Shown: in pieces, positions 30,101 through 40,163 of the stretch
Position numbering within the stretch: position 1 is the stretch's first letter
Layout: the number at the start of each line of letters is the position of its first letter
NCBI GenBank assembly: GCA_025350305.1
Contig: JANXYC010000160.1
Span: 25,038 to 89,037, forward strand
Origin: Cyclobacteriaceae bacterium
Lineage (GTDB): Bacteria > Bacteroidota > Bacteroidia > Cytophagales > Cyclobacteriaceae
Reading direction: 5' to 3'
Length of the DNA: 64,000 bases
Translations under genes and position numbers: made by a program
Notes under the pieces: generated by a model
The model's input: only the letters and a program-made list of their open reading frames with translations
Told to the model about the DNA's origin: nothing
The model's database searches: none

Positions 30101-30517
30101 AAACTGGCGATCGGACTCTTGAGCAGTTACTTCCAGGTATTCATTTTCCTTGAAGCGGCGGGCTGTTTCGCGCATGATGGCAAATGCTTTGGGAAGCACT
30201 TCTATCAGTATTCTTTCTAATTCCTTGTTGCGATCTTTTTCGATTTGATCGATCTGATTGAAAATAGCCTCTTTCGCATGAAGGTTCAGGTCGGGTTGGT
30301 CACTTATCTGTTTGTGCAACCCGGCCAATTCGTCATCAATAGGTTTGAGTTTTTGATTAATATACGATTGCACTTCAGCAGTCTGCTGTCGCAACTCATC
30401 GTGCGATACGCTTTTCAGTTTTTCTCCCTCGCGCTTAGTATCTTCTACCAGCGGCATGACCCGCTTGATGTCCTTGCCCGATTTGGTGCCGAATAATTTG
30501 GCTATAAGTTTTAGCAT
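27170..30517 (-). CDS. secA: preprotein translocase subunit SecA
   Basis: [52 protein letters not shown]. Confidence 0.98.
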   Translation of the reverse strand: [1115 protein letters not shown]

Positions 30518-30707
30518 GTGTAATCGTTAGCCGTTTGGTGATTTATGGATGCTCGCAAAAATTAATGGCGAAAAGCGCAATTAACTGATAACGAATAGTC
30601 AACAACCTTTCAAACGGGCTGTAAAGTTAAGATTTTCAGGGGTGCAATTATAGTTCCAAACGGAAGCAAAACGCATTTTGGCAGTACACAGGTCAAAAAG
30701 CGGAGGC

Positions 30708-31487
30708 TTAGACCTCGGCGTCAGTCTCAAAAACCAACTGGACGGGGCCCGTAAGATAGATGTTGGAAAAAGTGCCGTTCTGGCGGGTTTCAAATTCCAC
30801 CTCAAGCTGCCCACCCCGGGTGCTTAATTTTATTGGAGAACGGTGACCAAATTTTTTTGCCACCACCAGCGCGCAGGCCGTGGCACCGGAACCACTGGAG
30901 TAAGTCTCATCTTCAACACCCCGCTCGTAAATCCGGAAGGAAACGTCATTGTTCGGATGCACTTCAACGAAGTTGGCATTGGTACCTCTTGGTTTATAGA
31001 GGTCGCTATAGCGGATTTTTCTGCCTTCTTCCACGACGGGACAGGCCTTCAGATTTTTTACAAAACGCACATGATGATCGGTGCCTGTATTGATATAAAA
31101 ATCTTCGCTCCTATTCTCAATCCCCTTTACATCATTAAGCGAAAACCGGATCAATCCATTAGGCAAAATTTGCGCTGTGTGGCGGCCATCGTGTGCCGAA
31201 AAGGTGGTGCTGTTCCCAATGACGCCAAGACGATGTGCCAGGTGTATGACGGCACGGCATCCATTGCCGCAGAAACTTTGGCTGCCGTCGCTATTGTAAT
31301 AGATCATTTTAAAATCCAGCTGTGTATCCTTTTCCAGGAGAATCAGGCCGTCGGCTCCGATGCCGAAGCGGCGGTCGCATAGTGTTGAAATCTGCGATCT
31401 TGAAAAAGACAATTTACCTTCCCGGTTGTCGACGAGGACGAAGTCGTTACCGGTAGCCTGGTATTTATAGAAATGGATTTTAGTCAC
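30708..31487 (-). CDS. dapF: diaminopimelate epimerase
   Basis: KYQATGNDF, GIGADG, SFCGNGCR, YERGVEDETYSSGSGA. Confidence 0.95.
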   Translation of the reverse strand: MTKIHFYKYQATGNDFVLVDNREGKLSFSRSQISTLCDRRFGIGADGLILLEKDTQLDFKMIYYNSDGSQSFCGNGCRAVIHLAHRLGVIGNSTTFSAHDGRHTAQILPNGLIRFSLNDVKGIENRSEDFYINTGTDHHVRFVKNLKACPVVEEGRKIRYSDLYKPRGTNANFVEVHPNNDVSFRIYERGVEDETYSSGSGATACALVVAKKFGHRSPIKLSTRGGQLEVEFETRQNGTFSNIYLTGPVQLVFETDAEV

Positions 31488-31524
31488 GGGGTGCCGGGTT
31501 CTGGGTTGGCAACGAACACTCAGT

Positions 31525-31740
31525 TCACTTTACTTCTTCATAGTCCACATACTCGCCACCTTTTAGTCCGTTTTTTCGGTCACTTTTTTTCGGGGAAGAA
31601 TCCATGTGGATCGTGCCATCGCCGGGCCTTCGGAAATTGGGCGGTGTCCGTTGTGAACGGCCCAAGGCTGTAAATAAGAGTGCTCCTACTTTATTGACAA
31701 CGTAGATCAACAACACCAGAATGACGATTAATTTCAACAT
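31525..31740 (-). CDS. DUF4834-like small membrane protein
   Basis: N-terminal TM and C-terminal GGEYVDYEEVK; TACCTTTG motif at 31760-31767 upstream. Confidence 0.7.
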   Translation of the reverse strand: MLKLIVILVLLIYVVNKVGALLFTALGRSQRTPPNFRRPGDGTIHMDSSPKKSDRKNGLKGGEYVDYEEVK

Positions 31741-31811
31741 AGGTTTTATAACCGAAAGACAAAGGTAAAGGTTTCGTGGATTATCTCATCGAAGGGTGCA
31801 TTTCAAAGTGT

Positions 31812-31864
31812 CCACGGGTTTAAACCCGTGGCAATTTTGCGGTAATGTAAAAGGGCCTTAGCCC
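31812..31864. repeat. REP family A copy
   Basis: ccacgggtttaaacccgtggcaatt ... gggccttagccc. Confidence 0.85.
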
Positions 31865-31892
31865 ACGGGGAAGGACTTTTCTGAGCGAATCG

Positions 31893-31932
31893 CTTACCGG
31901 CTCAGGTCCAAATTCCTTTCAGAATAGATAAA
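31893..31932 (-). other. diverged duplicate of the carB 3' end
   Basis: Encodes IYSERNLDLSR* versus carB IYSERNLYLSR*. Confidence 0.75.
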
Positions 31933-32079
31933 TTTGGGAATGTGGAGATATGACCAGAATGAAAACGATGCACTTGAGCCTGTTCCTTAGGCTGTGATCA
32001 ACATCGTGCGTTTCCAACAATCCGGGTTCTGATCGAAATAGATTGAAATGGTTTCTTTGAAGGTGGCTTCGAAGCCCTG

Positions 32080-32137
32080 AATTGCCACGGGTTTAAACCC
32101 GTGGCAATTTTGTGGTAATGTTACAGGGATTTAGCCC
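32080..32137. repeat. REP family A copy (perfect 30-bp palindrome)
   Basis: aattgccacgggtttaaacccgtggcaatt at 32080-32109, then gggatttagccc. Confidence 0.9.
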
Positions 32138-32162
32138 AATTGAAATAAACCCAAGCCACTTC

Positions 32163-34979
32163 TCACCTGCTCAAATACAAATTCCTTTCAGAATATATAT
32201 TCATAAAATAATCGTCCATCAGATCGTCGATGAAGTAAATCGCTTCTCCTGTGGATTTCATTTCGGGACCCAATTCCTTGTTGACCTCCGGGAATTTATT
32301 GAATGAAAATACAGGCACCTTGATCGCATACCCTTTCCGTGTGGGATTGAATGAGAAGTCTTTTACTTTCTTTTGACCGAGCATCACCTTGGTAGCGTAG
32401 TTGACGTAGGGTTCATCATAGGCCTTGCAAATGAATGGCACCGTGCGGGAGGCGCGAGGATTGGCTTCGATAATATAAACTTTATCCTGCTTGATGGCGA
32501 ATTGGACGTTAATCAACCCAACCGTTTTCAGTGCCAAGGCAATACGTTTGGTATAACTTTCGATCTGCTTCATAACGAAGTCTCCCAAATTGTAAGGAGG
32601 CAGTACCGCATAGGAGTCGCCTGAATGAATTCCGGCCGGTTCGATGTGCTGCATAACGCCAATGATGTAAACATCCTCCCCATCACAGATCGCATCCGCT
32701 TCGGCCTCGATCGCGCCATCGAGAAAGTGATCAAGAAGCACTTTGTTTTCAGGAAGATGTTTCCAGATGTCAAGGATGTGGTTCTCCAGTTCCTTTTCGT
32801 TGATCACAATTTTCATACTCTGTCCGCCCAACACGTACGAGGGCCGGACAAGCAACGGAAACCCAATGGTCTTGGAAACTTCGAGTGCCTCATCGGCATT
32901 GGTCGCTACACCAAATACCGGGTATGGAATAGATAGTTCTTTAAGCAAAGAAGAAAAGCTCCCGCGGTCTTCTGCCAGATCCAGGGCTTCAAAAGAAGTG
33001 CCCATGATCTTCACACCAAATTTGTGGAGCTTCTCTGCCAGTTTCAACGCGGTCTGTCCGCCGAGTTGAACAATGACACCTTCTGGTTTCTCATGCTGGA
33101 TGATGTCCCAAAGGTGTTCCCAGAAAACCGGTTCAAAGTAAAGTTTATCTGCAATGTCAAAGTCCGTTGAGACCGTTTCTGGGTTGCAATTGAGCATGAT
33201 GGTTTCGTAGCCACATTCTTTGGCCGCCAGGACACCGTGAACACACGAGTAGTCAAACTCAATCCCCTGGCCAATCCGGTTGGGTCCCGAGCCCAGGATG
33301 ATTACTTTCTTTTTATCGGAAACAATCGACTCGTTTTCTGAATCAAACGTGGAGTAGTAGTACGGTGTCTTCGCTTCAAATTCTGCAGCACACGTGTCAA
33401 CGAGTTTGTACACGCGGTTAACACCCATTTCCCTTCGCTTTTTATGCACCTCGCTCTCCAAACAATCAACCAAATGAGCTATTTGTCGGTCGGCATAGCC
33501 TTTCTGTTTGGCCGTGCGCATCAGCGATGGCGGGATCGTGTCGATGTCATATTTTTCAATCTCTTTTTCAACCTCGATTAGTTCCCAGATCTGTTCCAAG
33601 AACCAGCTATCGATTTTCGTGAGTTTCTGAATGGTCTTCATGGAAATGCCGAGTTTCATCGCATCATAGATGTGGAAGAGTCTGTTCCAGCTAGGATGCT
33701 CCAGACTGTAGAGGAGTTCGGCCTGCTTCGTCAGTTCTTTTCCATCGGCACCTAATCCATTTCGCCGGATCTCCAATGACTGACACGCTTTTTGAAGGGC
33801 TTCCTGGAAATTTCGTCCAATGCCCATCACTTCGCCAACAGATTTCATCTGAAGCCCAAGTCTGCGATCGGCCCCTTGAAACTTGTCAAAATTCCAACGC
33901 GGGATTTTTACAATTACGTAGTCCAATGCAGGTTCAAAATAGGCTGTGGTTGTTCCGGTAATAGCGTTATTTAATTCATCGAGGTTGTAACCAATGGCGA
34001 GCTTGGCGGCAATTTTTGCAATCGGGTAGCCGGTAGCCTTTGAAGCCAGCGCAGAAGAACGTGATACGCGCGGATTGATTTCAATGCCGATGATCTGATT
34101 ATCATCATTGGGATTGACGGAAAATTGAACGTTGCACCCTCCGGCAAACCTACCAATGCCATTCATCATTTTGATGGCCAGGTCACGCATGTGTTGGTAC
34201 ACCGTGTCGGGCAAGGTCATCGCCGGAGCGACGGTAATCGAATCACCGGTGTGGATACCCATCGGATCAAAATTTTCGATGGAGCAGATAATGATGACAT
34301 TTCCATTTCCATCACGCAGCAATTCCAATTCGTATTCTTTCCATCCCATGATGCTTTGTTCCACCAGTACCTCGTGGATGGGTGATGCATGCAGTCCGCG
34401 ATTAAGAGCGGCATCAAAATCTTCCGGTTTTTCAACAAATCCGCCACCGGTTCCGCCCAGTGTATAAGAGGGACGGATGACTAACGGAAATCCTATATCC
34501 TGGGCAATTTCTTTTCCCTCCAAAAATGAAGTGGCTGTAGCACCTTTGCACACTTCGACACCCAACTCATGCATTTTTAGACGGAATTTTTCCCGGTCTT
34601 CGGTTGTCTCGATGGCGAGAATGTCCACACCTATAATTCTAACGCCGTAATGTTGCCAGATGCCGGCTTTGTCACAGTCAATGCAGAGATTCAGGGCTGT
34701 TTGTCCTCCTACAGTCGGTAGCACGGCATCGATATGGTGTTTTTCCAGTATCTCACGAATGTATTTCTTCTCGAGGGGCTTGAGATAGACATGATCAGCA
34801 TTGATCTTGTCGGTCATGATGGTGGCAGGGTTTGAATTGATGAGCACGACCTCAATACCTTCTTCCCGCAAAGAGCGGGCAGCCTGGGAGCCGGCGTAGT
34901 CAAATTCACACGCCTGGCCAATAACAATGGGGCCACTGCCTAAAATTAGTACGGAACGGATGCTACGATCTCTTGGCAT
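32163..34979 (-). CDS. carB: carbamoyl-phosphate synthase large subunit (no MGS domain)
   Basis: ILGSGPIVIGQACEFDYAG, two ATP-grasp repeats, GPEMKSTGE. Confidence 0.97.
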   Translation of the reverse strand: MPRDRSIRSVLILGSGPIVIGQACEFDYAGSQAARSLREEGIEVVLINSNPATIMTDKINADHVYLKPLEKKYIREILEKHHIDAVLPTVGGQTALNLCIDCDKAGIWQHYGVRIIGVDILAIETTEDREKFRLKMHELGVEVCKGATATSFLEGKEIAQDIGFPLVIRPSYTLGGTGGGFVEKPEDFDAALNRGLHASPIHEVLVEQSIMGWKEYELELLRDGNGNVIIICSIENFDPMGIHTGDSITVAPAMTLPDTVYQHMRDLAIKMMNGIGRFAGGCNVQFSVNPNDDNQIIGIEINPRVSRSSALASKATGYPIAKIAAKLAIGYNLDELNNAITGTTTAYFEPALDYVIVKIPRWNFDKFQGADRRLGLQMKSVGEVMGIGRNFQEALQKACQSLEIRRNGLGADGKELTKQAELLYSLEHPSWNRLFHIYDAMKLGISMKTIQKLTKIDSWFLEQIWELIEVEKEIEKYDIDTIPPSLMRTAKQKGYADRQIAHLVDCLESEVHKKRREMGVNRVYKLVDTCAAEFEAKTPYYYSTFDSENESIVSDKKKVIILGSGPNRIGQGIEFDYSCVHGVLAAKECGYETIMLNCNPETVSTDFDIADKLYFEPVFWEHLWDIIQHEKPEGVIVQLGGQTALKLAEKLHKFGVKIMGTSFEALDLAEDRGSFSSLLKELSIPYPVFGVATNADEALEVSKTIGFPLLVRPSYVLGGQSMKIVINEKELENHILDIWKHLPENKVLLDHFLDGAIEAEADAICDGEDVYIIGVMQHIEPAGIHSGDSYAVLPPYNLGDFVMKQIESYTKRIALALKTVGLINVQFAIKQDKVYIIEANPRASRTVPFICKAYDEPYVNYATKVMLGQKKVKDFSFNPTRKGYAIKVPVFSFNKFPEVNKELGPEMKSTGEAIYFIDDLMDDYFMNIYSERNLYLSR

Positions 34980-35035
34980 GGGGAAAGGGATTGGATAAAC
35001 CGGGCAAAAATAAACACAGATTTAGGAATTCCGCG

Positions 35036-35122
35036 GATTTCACAGATTAAAATTTGATCACTGATTGATGGATTTCACAGATTAAGATTTGGATCACGGA
35101 TTGATGGATTGCGCGGATTAAA
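35036..35122. repeat. 35-36-nt tandem repeat (about 2.5 copies) of cacagatt type
   Basis: ggatttcacagattaaaatttgatcactgattgat / ggatttcacagattaagatttggatcacggattgat / ggattgcgcggattaa. Confidence 0.75.
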
Positions 35123-35198
35123 CGCGACCACTGGCTGCAAAAGCTTTGTGAAAAGGACCGAAAAAATCAGAATCTTTAAATCACAAGTGTGCTGAATT

Positions 35199-38100
35199 CT
35201 AGTGATTGACAATAACCTTTTGGATGAACGTTCGTTTTTCTGAATGAATCTTGATGAGGTACATCCCATTGTTTAAGCTTCCAACAAAGAGCTTCTGTTT
35301 TCCTTCTGAATCCAATTCAAGTGTAGCGTTCATCATTTGTTGTCCTTGGGCGTTGATCAACATCAAGGCTGCATTGTTAAATTTATCCGGCAACTGAATT
35401 ATCAAATAGTCAGCCACAGGATTGGGATACAGGCCGATGGATTCTGACGGAGACTTTTCCAAACCGGTGACTATATCAAATTGCTTCGAAAGGACATCGT
35501 TGCAACCATTGGCGGCCGTGACGGTAAGGGACACAGAATAATTTTGAACGGTGGTATATTGATGGGTAGGATTTTTCAATGCGGACGTGGAGCCATCGCC
35601 AAAATCCCATAACCACAATATTGCGCCGGTGCTTTGGTCTGTAAAGGAGAGAATTTTGTCAATGAATAAATTGTCGGTTGAAGTAAAGGCGGCCAATGGT
35701 TTGGGATTCACTTGTACCGTGAACGGCGAAGAAACCGAAGTGCAGTTCAAAGCATTGTACTTGACGGTAACAGAATAGTTTCCCGCATTTTTTACGTTGA
35801 TCTTTTGAGTGGAGGCACCCGTACTCCACGAATAAACATCGGCAGCGGCAACAGAAAGGTCGATGGATCCCCCATCACAAAATTGAGAAGACCCTGATGC
35901 AATTATTGTCGGGTTGGCCTTCACGACAACACGAGCGGGCGTACGGATGCTCTCATAGGGTTGGTCGGCATTTGAAACGTAAAGGGTGGTGTCACGAGAA
36001 AGATTGCCGGTGGTGAATTGCGCACCCGTCTGCAAGGCTGTGCCACCGGTAAAATTCTTATACCACTTAAAGTTTGTTGCACCAGCCGCTGTTAATGTAG
36101 CGGCCGACCCAAAGCAGCTTTCTACATCCGCAACGGTGGGTTTAGGAGCTGTGAATGTCTGGTTGTATAGAATTTTGGCAGCATCCGCCGAAGCCAGAAG
36201 TTCGGTGAGGTTGTTCGCTGAGTGCAAAGCAAAAGCAAGAACAACCTGACCGCCTGCCGGTATGGTTACAGGATTGATCGATACCACGTGGCTGACGTCG
36301 TTACCGTTCGTTGTAGTTTCACCTGCGGTCAGTCGTAAGGTTGAGAGAGATGTAAACTTCTCTGTATTCGTAAAACCATCATATAATCCGAATGGGTTTC
36401 CCGCGATCGCTTGATCATTGTCGATTGAATAGTAGGAGGGAGCTGTATTTAGCACCTGGATGCCGGCATGTGGAAGACTCGTTGATTGCTTAGGATAAAC
36501 ATAGCCGATCTGGCGACCCGCATTCCAGCCTGCAGCATCTTTTGACCCGGAAGCACTGATATCCCAGTCCGCAAAAATCCCAAACCTGAAATTGGTGATG
36601 GCCGCGGCACTTGTGTTTTTCAGCGTGTATTCCAAAATTATAAACTTGTCATTCGGGGCTTCGCGCATGACCAAGCTTCTATACGAGATAAGAAGGGTTG
36701 ATAAAGTTGAAGGAGAGAACGATCCAAATACTTCCGAAGCAGAACGTAGACCCGGAACTATTTGCTTAATGGGTGTAACCTTGACAAAATTCTGGTCAAA
36801 TCCTCCATCGACACCACGCACATTATTATAGAGATCAGTGCTTGACGTGCCCATCATCAAGCCCATTTCAAAAAGAAGAGGATTGTCTTTGACAACAAAT
36901 CCTACACCGTTCTTTTGATTCGCAGGATCATCATAGCCAACACGGCCCGTGTTGCAGATCGAGGTGGTAATGGTGTTGTCATCCACATTCAGAAAAGAAG
37001 GGTTAACCGTAATATCGATGTATTGAAAATCAGAATAGTCCCCATCCGTAAATGTTAATTTTATTTGAATGAGTGAATTTTCTGCTGCCCCGGGACTAAT
37101 GATCAGTTTTACAGGACTAAACGTATTTCTCAGAGTTCCTCCTTCATTAATAATTCCCAACGGAGCCTGGCTTTGGGAAAAAGTAACCAGTGGAGAAATG
37201 GAAGAAGCAACCACCACGAGCGCGTTCGAGGTACTTTTCAAATAATTTGTAAAGTCCATTGTGAGAAAGGACGCCTGCCCTAATTCGGCAGCTTTGCCCT
37301 GCGCATTTAATAGTTTCGGTTTCGAGGCTCTTACACTTGGCAGGCTCAACGTGAGGGCATTCTTAATATTGATTCGACCTTTCCCCAACATATCCTTAAA
37401 GATCGCTGGGCTGGCAGCATCCACGTTGTCGACTGAGACACGCAATTGTTCCGCAACTTGCGAAGGCGTAAACGTGGGGTTTTTTGACCATACCAGTGCT
37501 GCGGCACCGGCCGTAATGGGACTGGAGAATGATGTGCCATTAACACTGGTGTAGGTGTCGTTGTAGGCGGTAGTAAAAATTGATACACCCGGTGCTGTCA
37601 CATCTACTGTCGATCCATAATTTGAAAACGATGCCCTGGCATCGTTTGAGTCAGTAGCTGCCACCGAGAGTACATGGTCAAAGGAAGAAGGATAATTGGG
37701 CGAGTTGGTATTGGAATTCCCTGCTGCTGCCACAACAAGACAACCTAAATCCAACGTTACATGGGTGATGATATCTTGTGCTATTTGACTGCTGAAGTTG
37801 CTTCCCCACGAAGTATTAATTATTTTTCTCGTCACGTTATCCGATGTAAGGGTCTGTGCTGCGTATAAGATTCCGGAATAGCCGGAATAGATGTTAGGGG
37901 CCTTCACACTCTGATTATCGGCCGTATGTTTGGTAAAAAGCAATTTTGCATTAAATCCGATGCCTGCGATTCCGATGCCATTGTTGGTTGCAGCGGAAGC
38001 ACACCCGGCCACCCACACCCCGTGACCAAGGGCACCATTATCACCAGGCTGCATGAGTTGCGGATTATTGTCTCCGATAAAATTTGAATTAAAAATATTC

Positions 38101-38786
38101 AGGGTGTCTGCTCCAATAAAATCCCAACCGTTAACATTGTCTATGTAGCCGTCCAGATCATCATCAATGTTGTTATTGGGAATTTCATCCGGGTTCGTGT
38201 AAAGATTTGGGGCCAGATCCGGATGATCAAGGTCGCCGCCTGAATCGACGATGGCAATTACCGTTCCGCCGTCACTTTTTGAAAGGTCCCAGCCATCGTA
38301 TGCCTTGATTAAACCAAGATAATACTGAATCGCCGGAGTAGCGTACGTATCGTTTGGTGTAAAATCAATTTTTGCGCTATAGTTGGGCTCGATGATGTCA
38401 AAATAACCGGTGGCATACAGTTCATTAATTCTCTTTTCGATGTCGGTATCAGGTGCAATGAATAACTTCACATACAACCCCATGTCAATTTTGCTTTCAT
38501 TGGATGCAAATGGTCCTCGTGCTGAATAATTTTGCTTTACTAAACCCGGGTTGCTCAACGACCGGATGATCATGTCGGGCAGGGACGCGGTTCTTCCATT
38601 TACGCTGGAAGAACTTGCTAAATTTCTAAACGCCGGTTTTAATTTGGCCAGCAAGACACCATTTTCGTAGTCGGCTGCGGTTGCCTGTTGTGGTAATGTG
38701 AATCTCTTCACCGGCAATTTGCCTTGTCCGAAGCTATTGGTGGCAAGAAACAACATTGATATAATAAACCCAGCAATCCGTCTCAT
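35199..38786 (-). CDS. S8 subtilisin-like protease with PKD domain and T9SS C-terminal sorting domain
   Basis: IAIVDSG (D), HGVWVAG (H), GTSFSSP (S); WLWDFGDG PKD motif; GLYPNPV...G.YLIKI T9SS tail. Confidence 0.93.
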   Translation of the reverse strand: MRRIAGFIISMLFLATNSFGQGKLPVKRFTLPQQATAADYENGVLLAKLKPAFRNLASSSSVNGRTASLPDMIIRSLSNPGLVKQNYSARGPFASNESKIDMGLYVKLFIAPDTDIEKRINELYATGYFDIIEPNYSAKIDFTPNDTYATPAIQYYLGLIKAYDGWDLSKSDGGTVIAIVDSGGDLDHPDLAPNLYTNPDEIPNNNIDDDLDGYIDNVNGWDFIGADTLNIFNSNFIGDNNPQLMQPGDNGALGHGVWVAGCASAATNNGIGIAGIGFNAKLLFTKHTADNQSVKAPNIYSGYSGILYAAQTLTSDNVTRKIINTSWGSNFSSQIAQDIITHVTLDLGCLVVAAAGNSNTNSPNYPSSFDHVLSVAATDSNDARASFSNYGSTVDVTAPGVSIFTTAYNDTYTSVNGTSFSSPITAGAAALVWSKNPTFTPSQVAEQLRVSVDNVDAASPAIFKDMLGKGRINIKNALTLSLPSVRASKPKLLNAQGKAAELGQASFLTMDFTNYLKSTSNALVVVASSISPLVTFSQSQAPLGIINEGGTLRNTFSPVKLIISPGAAENSLIQIKLTFTDGDYSDFQYIDITVNPSFLNVDDNTITTSICNTGRVGYDDPANQKNGVGFVVKDNPLLFEMGLMMGTSSTDLYNNVRGVDGGFDQNFVKVTPIKQIVPGLRSASEVFGSFSPSTLSTLLISYRSLVMREAPNDKFIILEYTLKNTSAAAITNFRFGIFADWDISASGSKDAAGWNAGRQIGYVYPKQSTSLPHAGIQVLNTAPSYYSIDNDQAIAGNPFGLYDGFTNTEKFTSLSTLRLTAGETTTNGNDVSHVVSINPVTIPAGGQVVLAFALHSANNLTELLASADAAKILYNQTFTAPKPTVADVESCFGSAATLTAAGATNFKWYKNFTGGTALQTGAQFTTGNLSRDTTLYVSNADQPYESIRTPARVVVKANPTIIASGSSQFCDGGSIDLSVAAADVYSWSTGASTQKINVKNAGNYSVTVKYNALNCTSVSSPFTVQVNPKPLAAFTSTDNLFIDKILSFTDQSTGAILWLWDFGDGSTSALKNPTHQYTTVQNYSVSLTVTAANGCNDVLSKQFDIVTGLEKSPSESIGLYPNPVADYLIIQLPDKFNNAALMLINAQGQQMMNATLELDSEGKQKLFVGSLNNGMYLIKIHSEKRTFIQKVIVNH

Positions 38787-39115
38787 CTTAACATCTTGAA
38801 ACCTTAAATGTATGTATTCGATTGGTTTTTCTTCTAACGGTGTTAAATCATTTAACAGGTGCGGTGGTGACCGGGGCTATCAACTTAATTTCATTGAATC
38901 AAGTTCTGGGCTTTAATTCCGGACACTTATTGATAGTAAAATTTGAACTTCGGAGGATGAGGCTATCAACAGAAATGTATTACGCGTGTTTCTACGCAGT
39001 AGGAGCATTGTTAGTAAAAAAATGGTATTGAAACCTCAAGCCACTCCGGCAGCAGACAAAAATTCGGACAACTATTTATTCATACAGAATGAATTGAACG
39101 CGCTTAAAATTGGAG

Positions 39116-39968
39116 CTAAATCAGATTCCTTGCCTTCAACTCCAAATATTTATTGATCGTATTGATCGTTAGCTGCTCAGGAGTGGTGAGCACTGCCTGG
39201 ATCCCATTCTGGTTCAATTCTTTCACAATTGATTTTTTATCATAACTAAATTTTTCAGCAATCGCCTTATAATAAATTTCTTTTACCGTGCCTGCTGGTT
39301 CCTCGAGCAGCGATTTCATTTCAGTGTTTTCAAAAAAGATGACCACTAATAAATGGCGGTGTGAAAGACTTTTCAGATAGGGTAATTGCCGCTCCATAGA
39401 AAAAAGACTTTCGAAGTTGGTGAAGAGCAGCAGCAGGCTTCGCTGAGTGATCTTGCTGTGGATATGAGTGTGCAATCGTGAAAAATCAGATTTGCGAAAA
39501 GCAGTTTTCTGATGATATAGAACTTCCTGAATCACGGCCATTTGGTTATTCTTTCTACTGGCTGGAAGCATGGCACCAATCTTATCCTGAAATGTGAGTA
39601 GCCCCGCTTTGTCAAATTTCTTTATGGCAATATTGGAGATGACCAGACAGGCATTGATGGCATAGTCGAGGAGACTCAGCCCATTGAAAGGCATCTGCAT
39701 CACGCGGCCTTTGTCGATTAGGGAATACACTTGCTGTGACCGTTCATCTTGGTATTGGTTCACCATCAACCGCGATTTGCGTGTGGTGGCTTTCCAGTTG
39801 ATCGTACGGATATCATCTCCGCTCACGTATTCTTTGATGAGTTCAAATTCCTGATTCTGACCGATTTTTCGGATTTTTTTATGCCCACCTCGGTAAGCCG
39901 GTTGTTGATGGCGAGCAGTTCATATTTTCGCATCTGCAAATACGAAGGATAGACGGGTACCATCTTGT
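39116..39968 (-). pseudogene. DUF58 family protein, 5' part deleted
   Basis: [15 protein letters not shown] ... KEYVSGDDIRTINWKATTR, RSLLLLFTN; a poly-A frameshift near 39875 and no native N-terminus. Confidence 0.85.
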
Positions 39969-40163
39969 CGTATGACCATCCACGGTTACCTGGCGCTCTT
40001 CCATTACTTCAAAAAGAGCGGCTTGTGTTTTGGCTGGAGCGCGGTTGATCTCGTCGATCAGGACGATGTTTGAAAAGATCGGCCCGGCCTTAAACTCAAA
40101 CCCGGAGCTTTTCATATTGAAGACGGAGGTACCCAACACATCCGACGGCATCAGGTCCGGTGC
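39968..40163 (-). pseudogene. MoxR AAA+ ATPase internal fragment
   Basis: [40 protein letters not shown]; lacks Walker A and the C-terminal half. Confidence 0.9.

Noticed and set aside
32163-34979. carB truncation as a lesion
   Set aside because: CarB without the MGS domain is a normal form in Bacteroidota; both ATP-grasp halves are intact.
38822-39031. 69-aa ORF between the S8 protease and DUF58
   Set aside because: No recognisable motif, non-ATG start, no supporting context.
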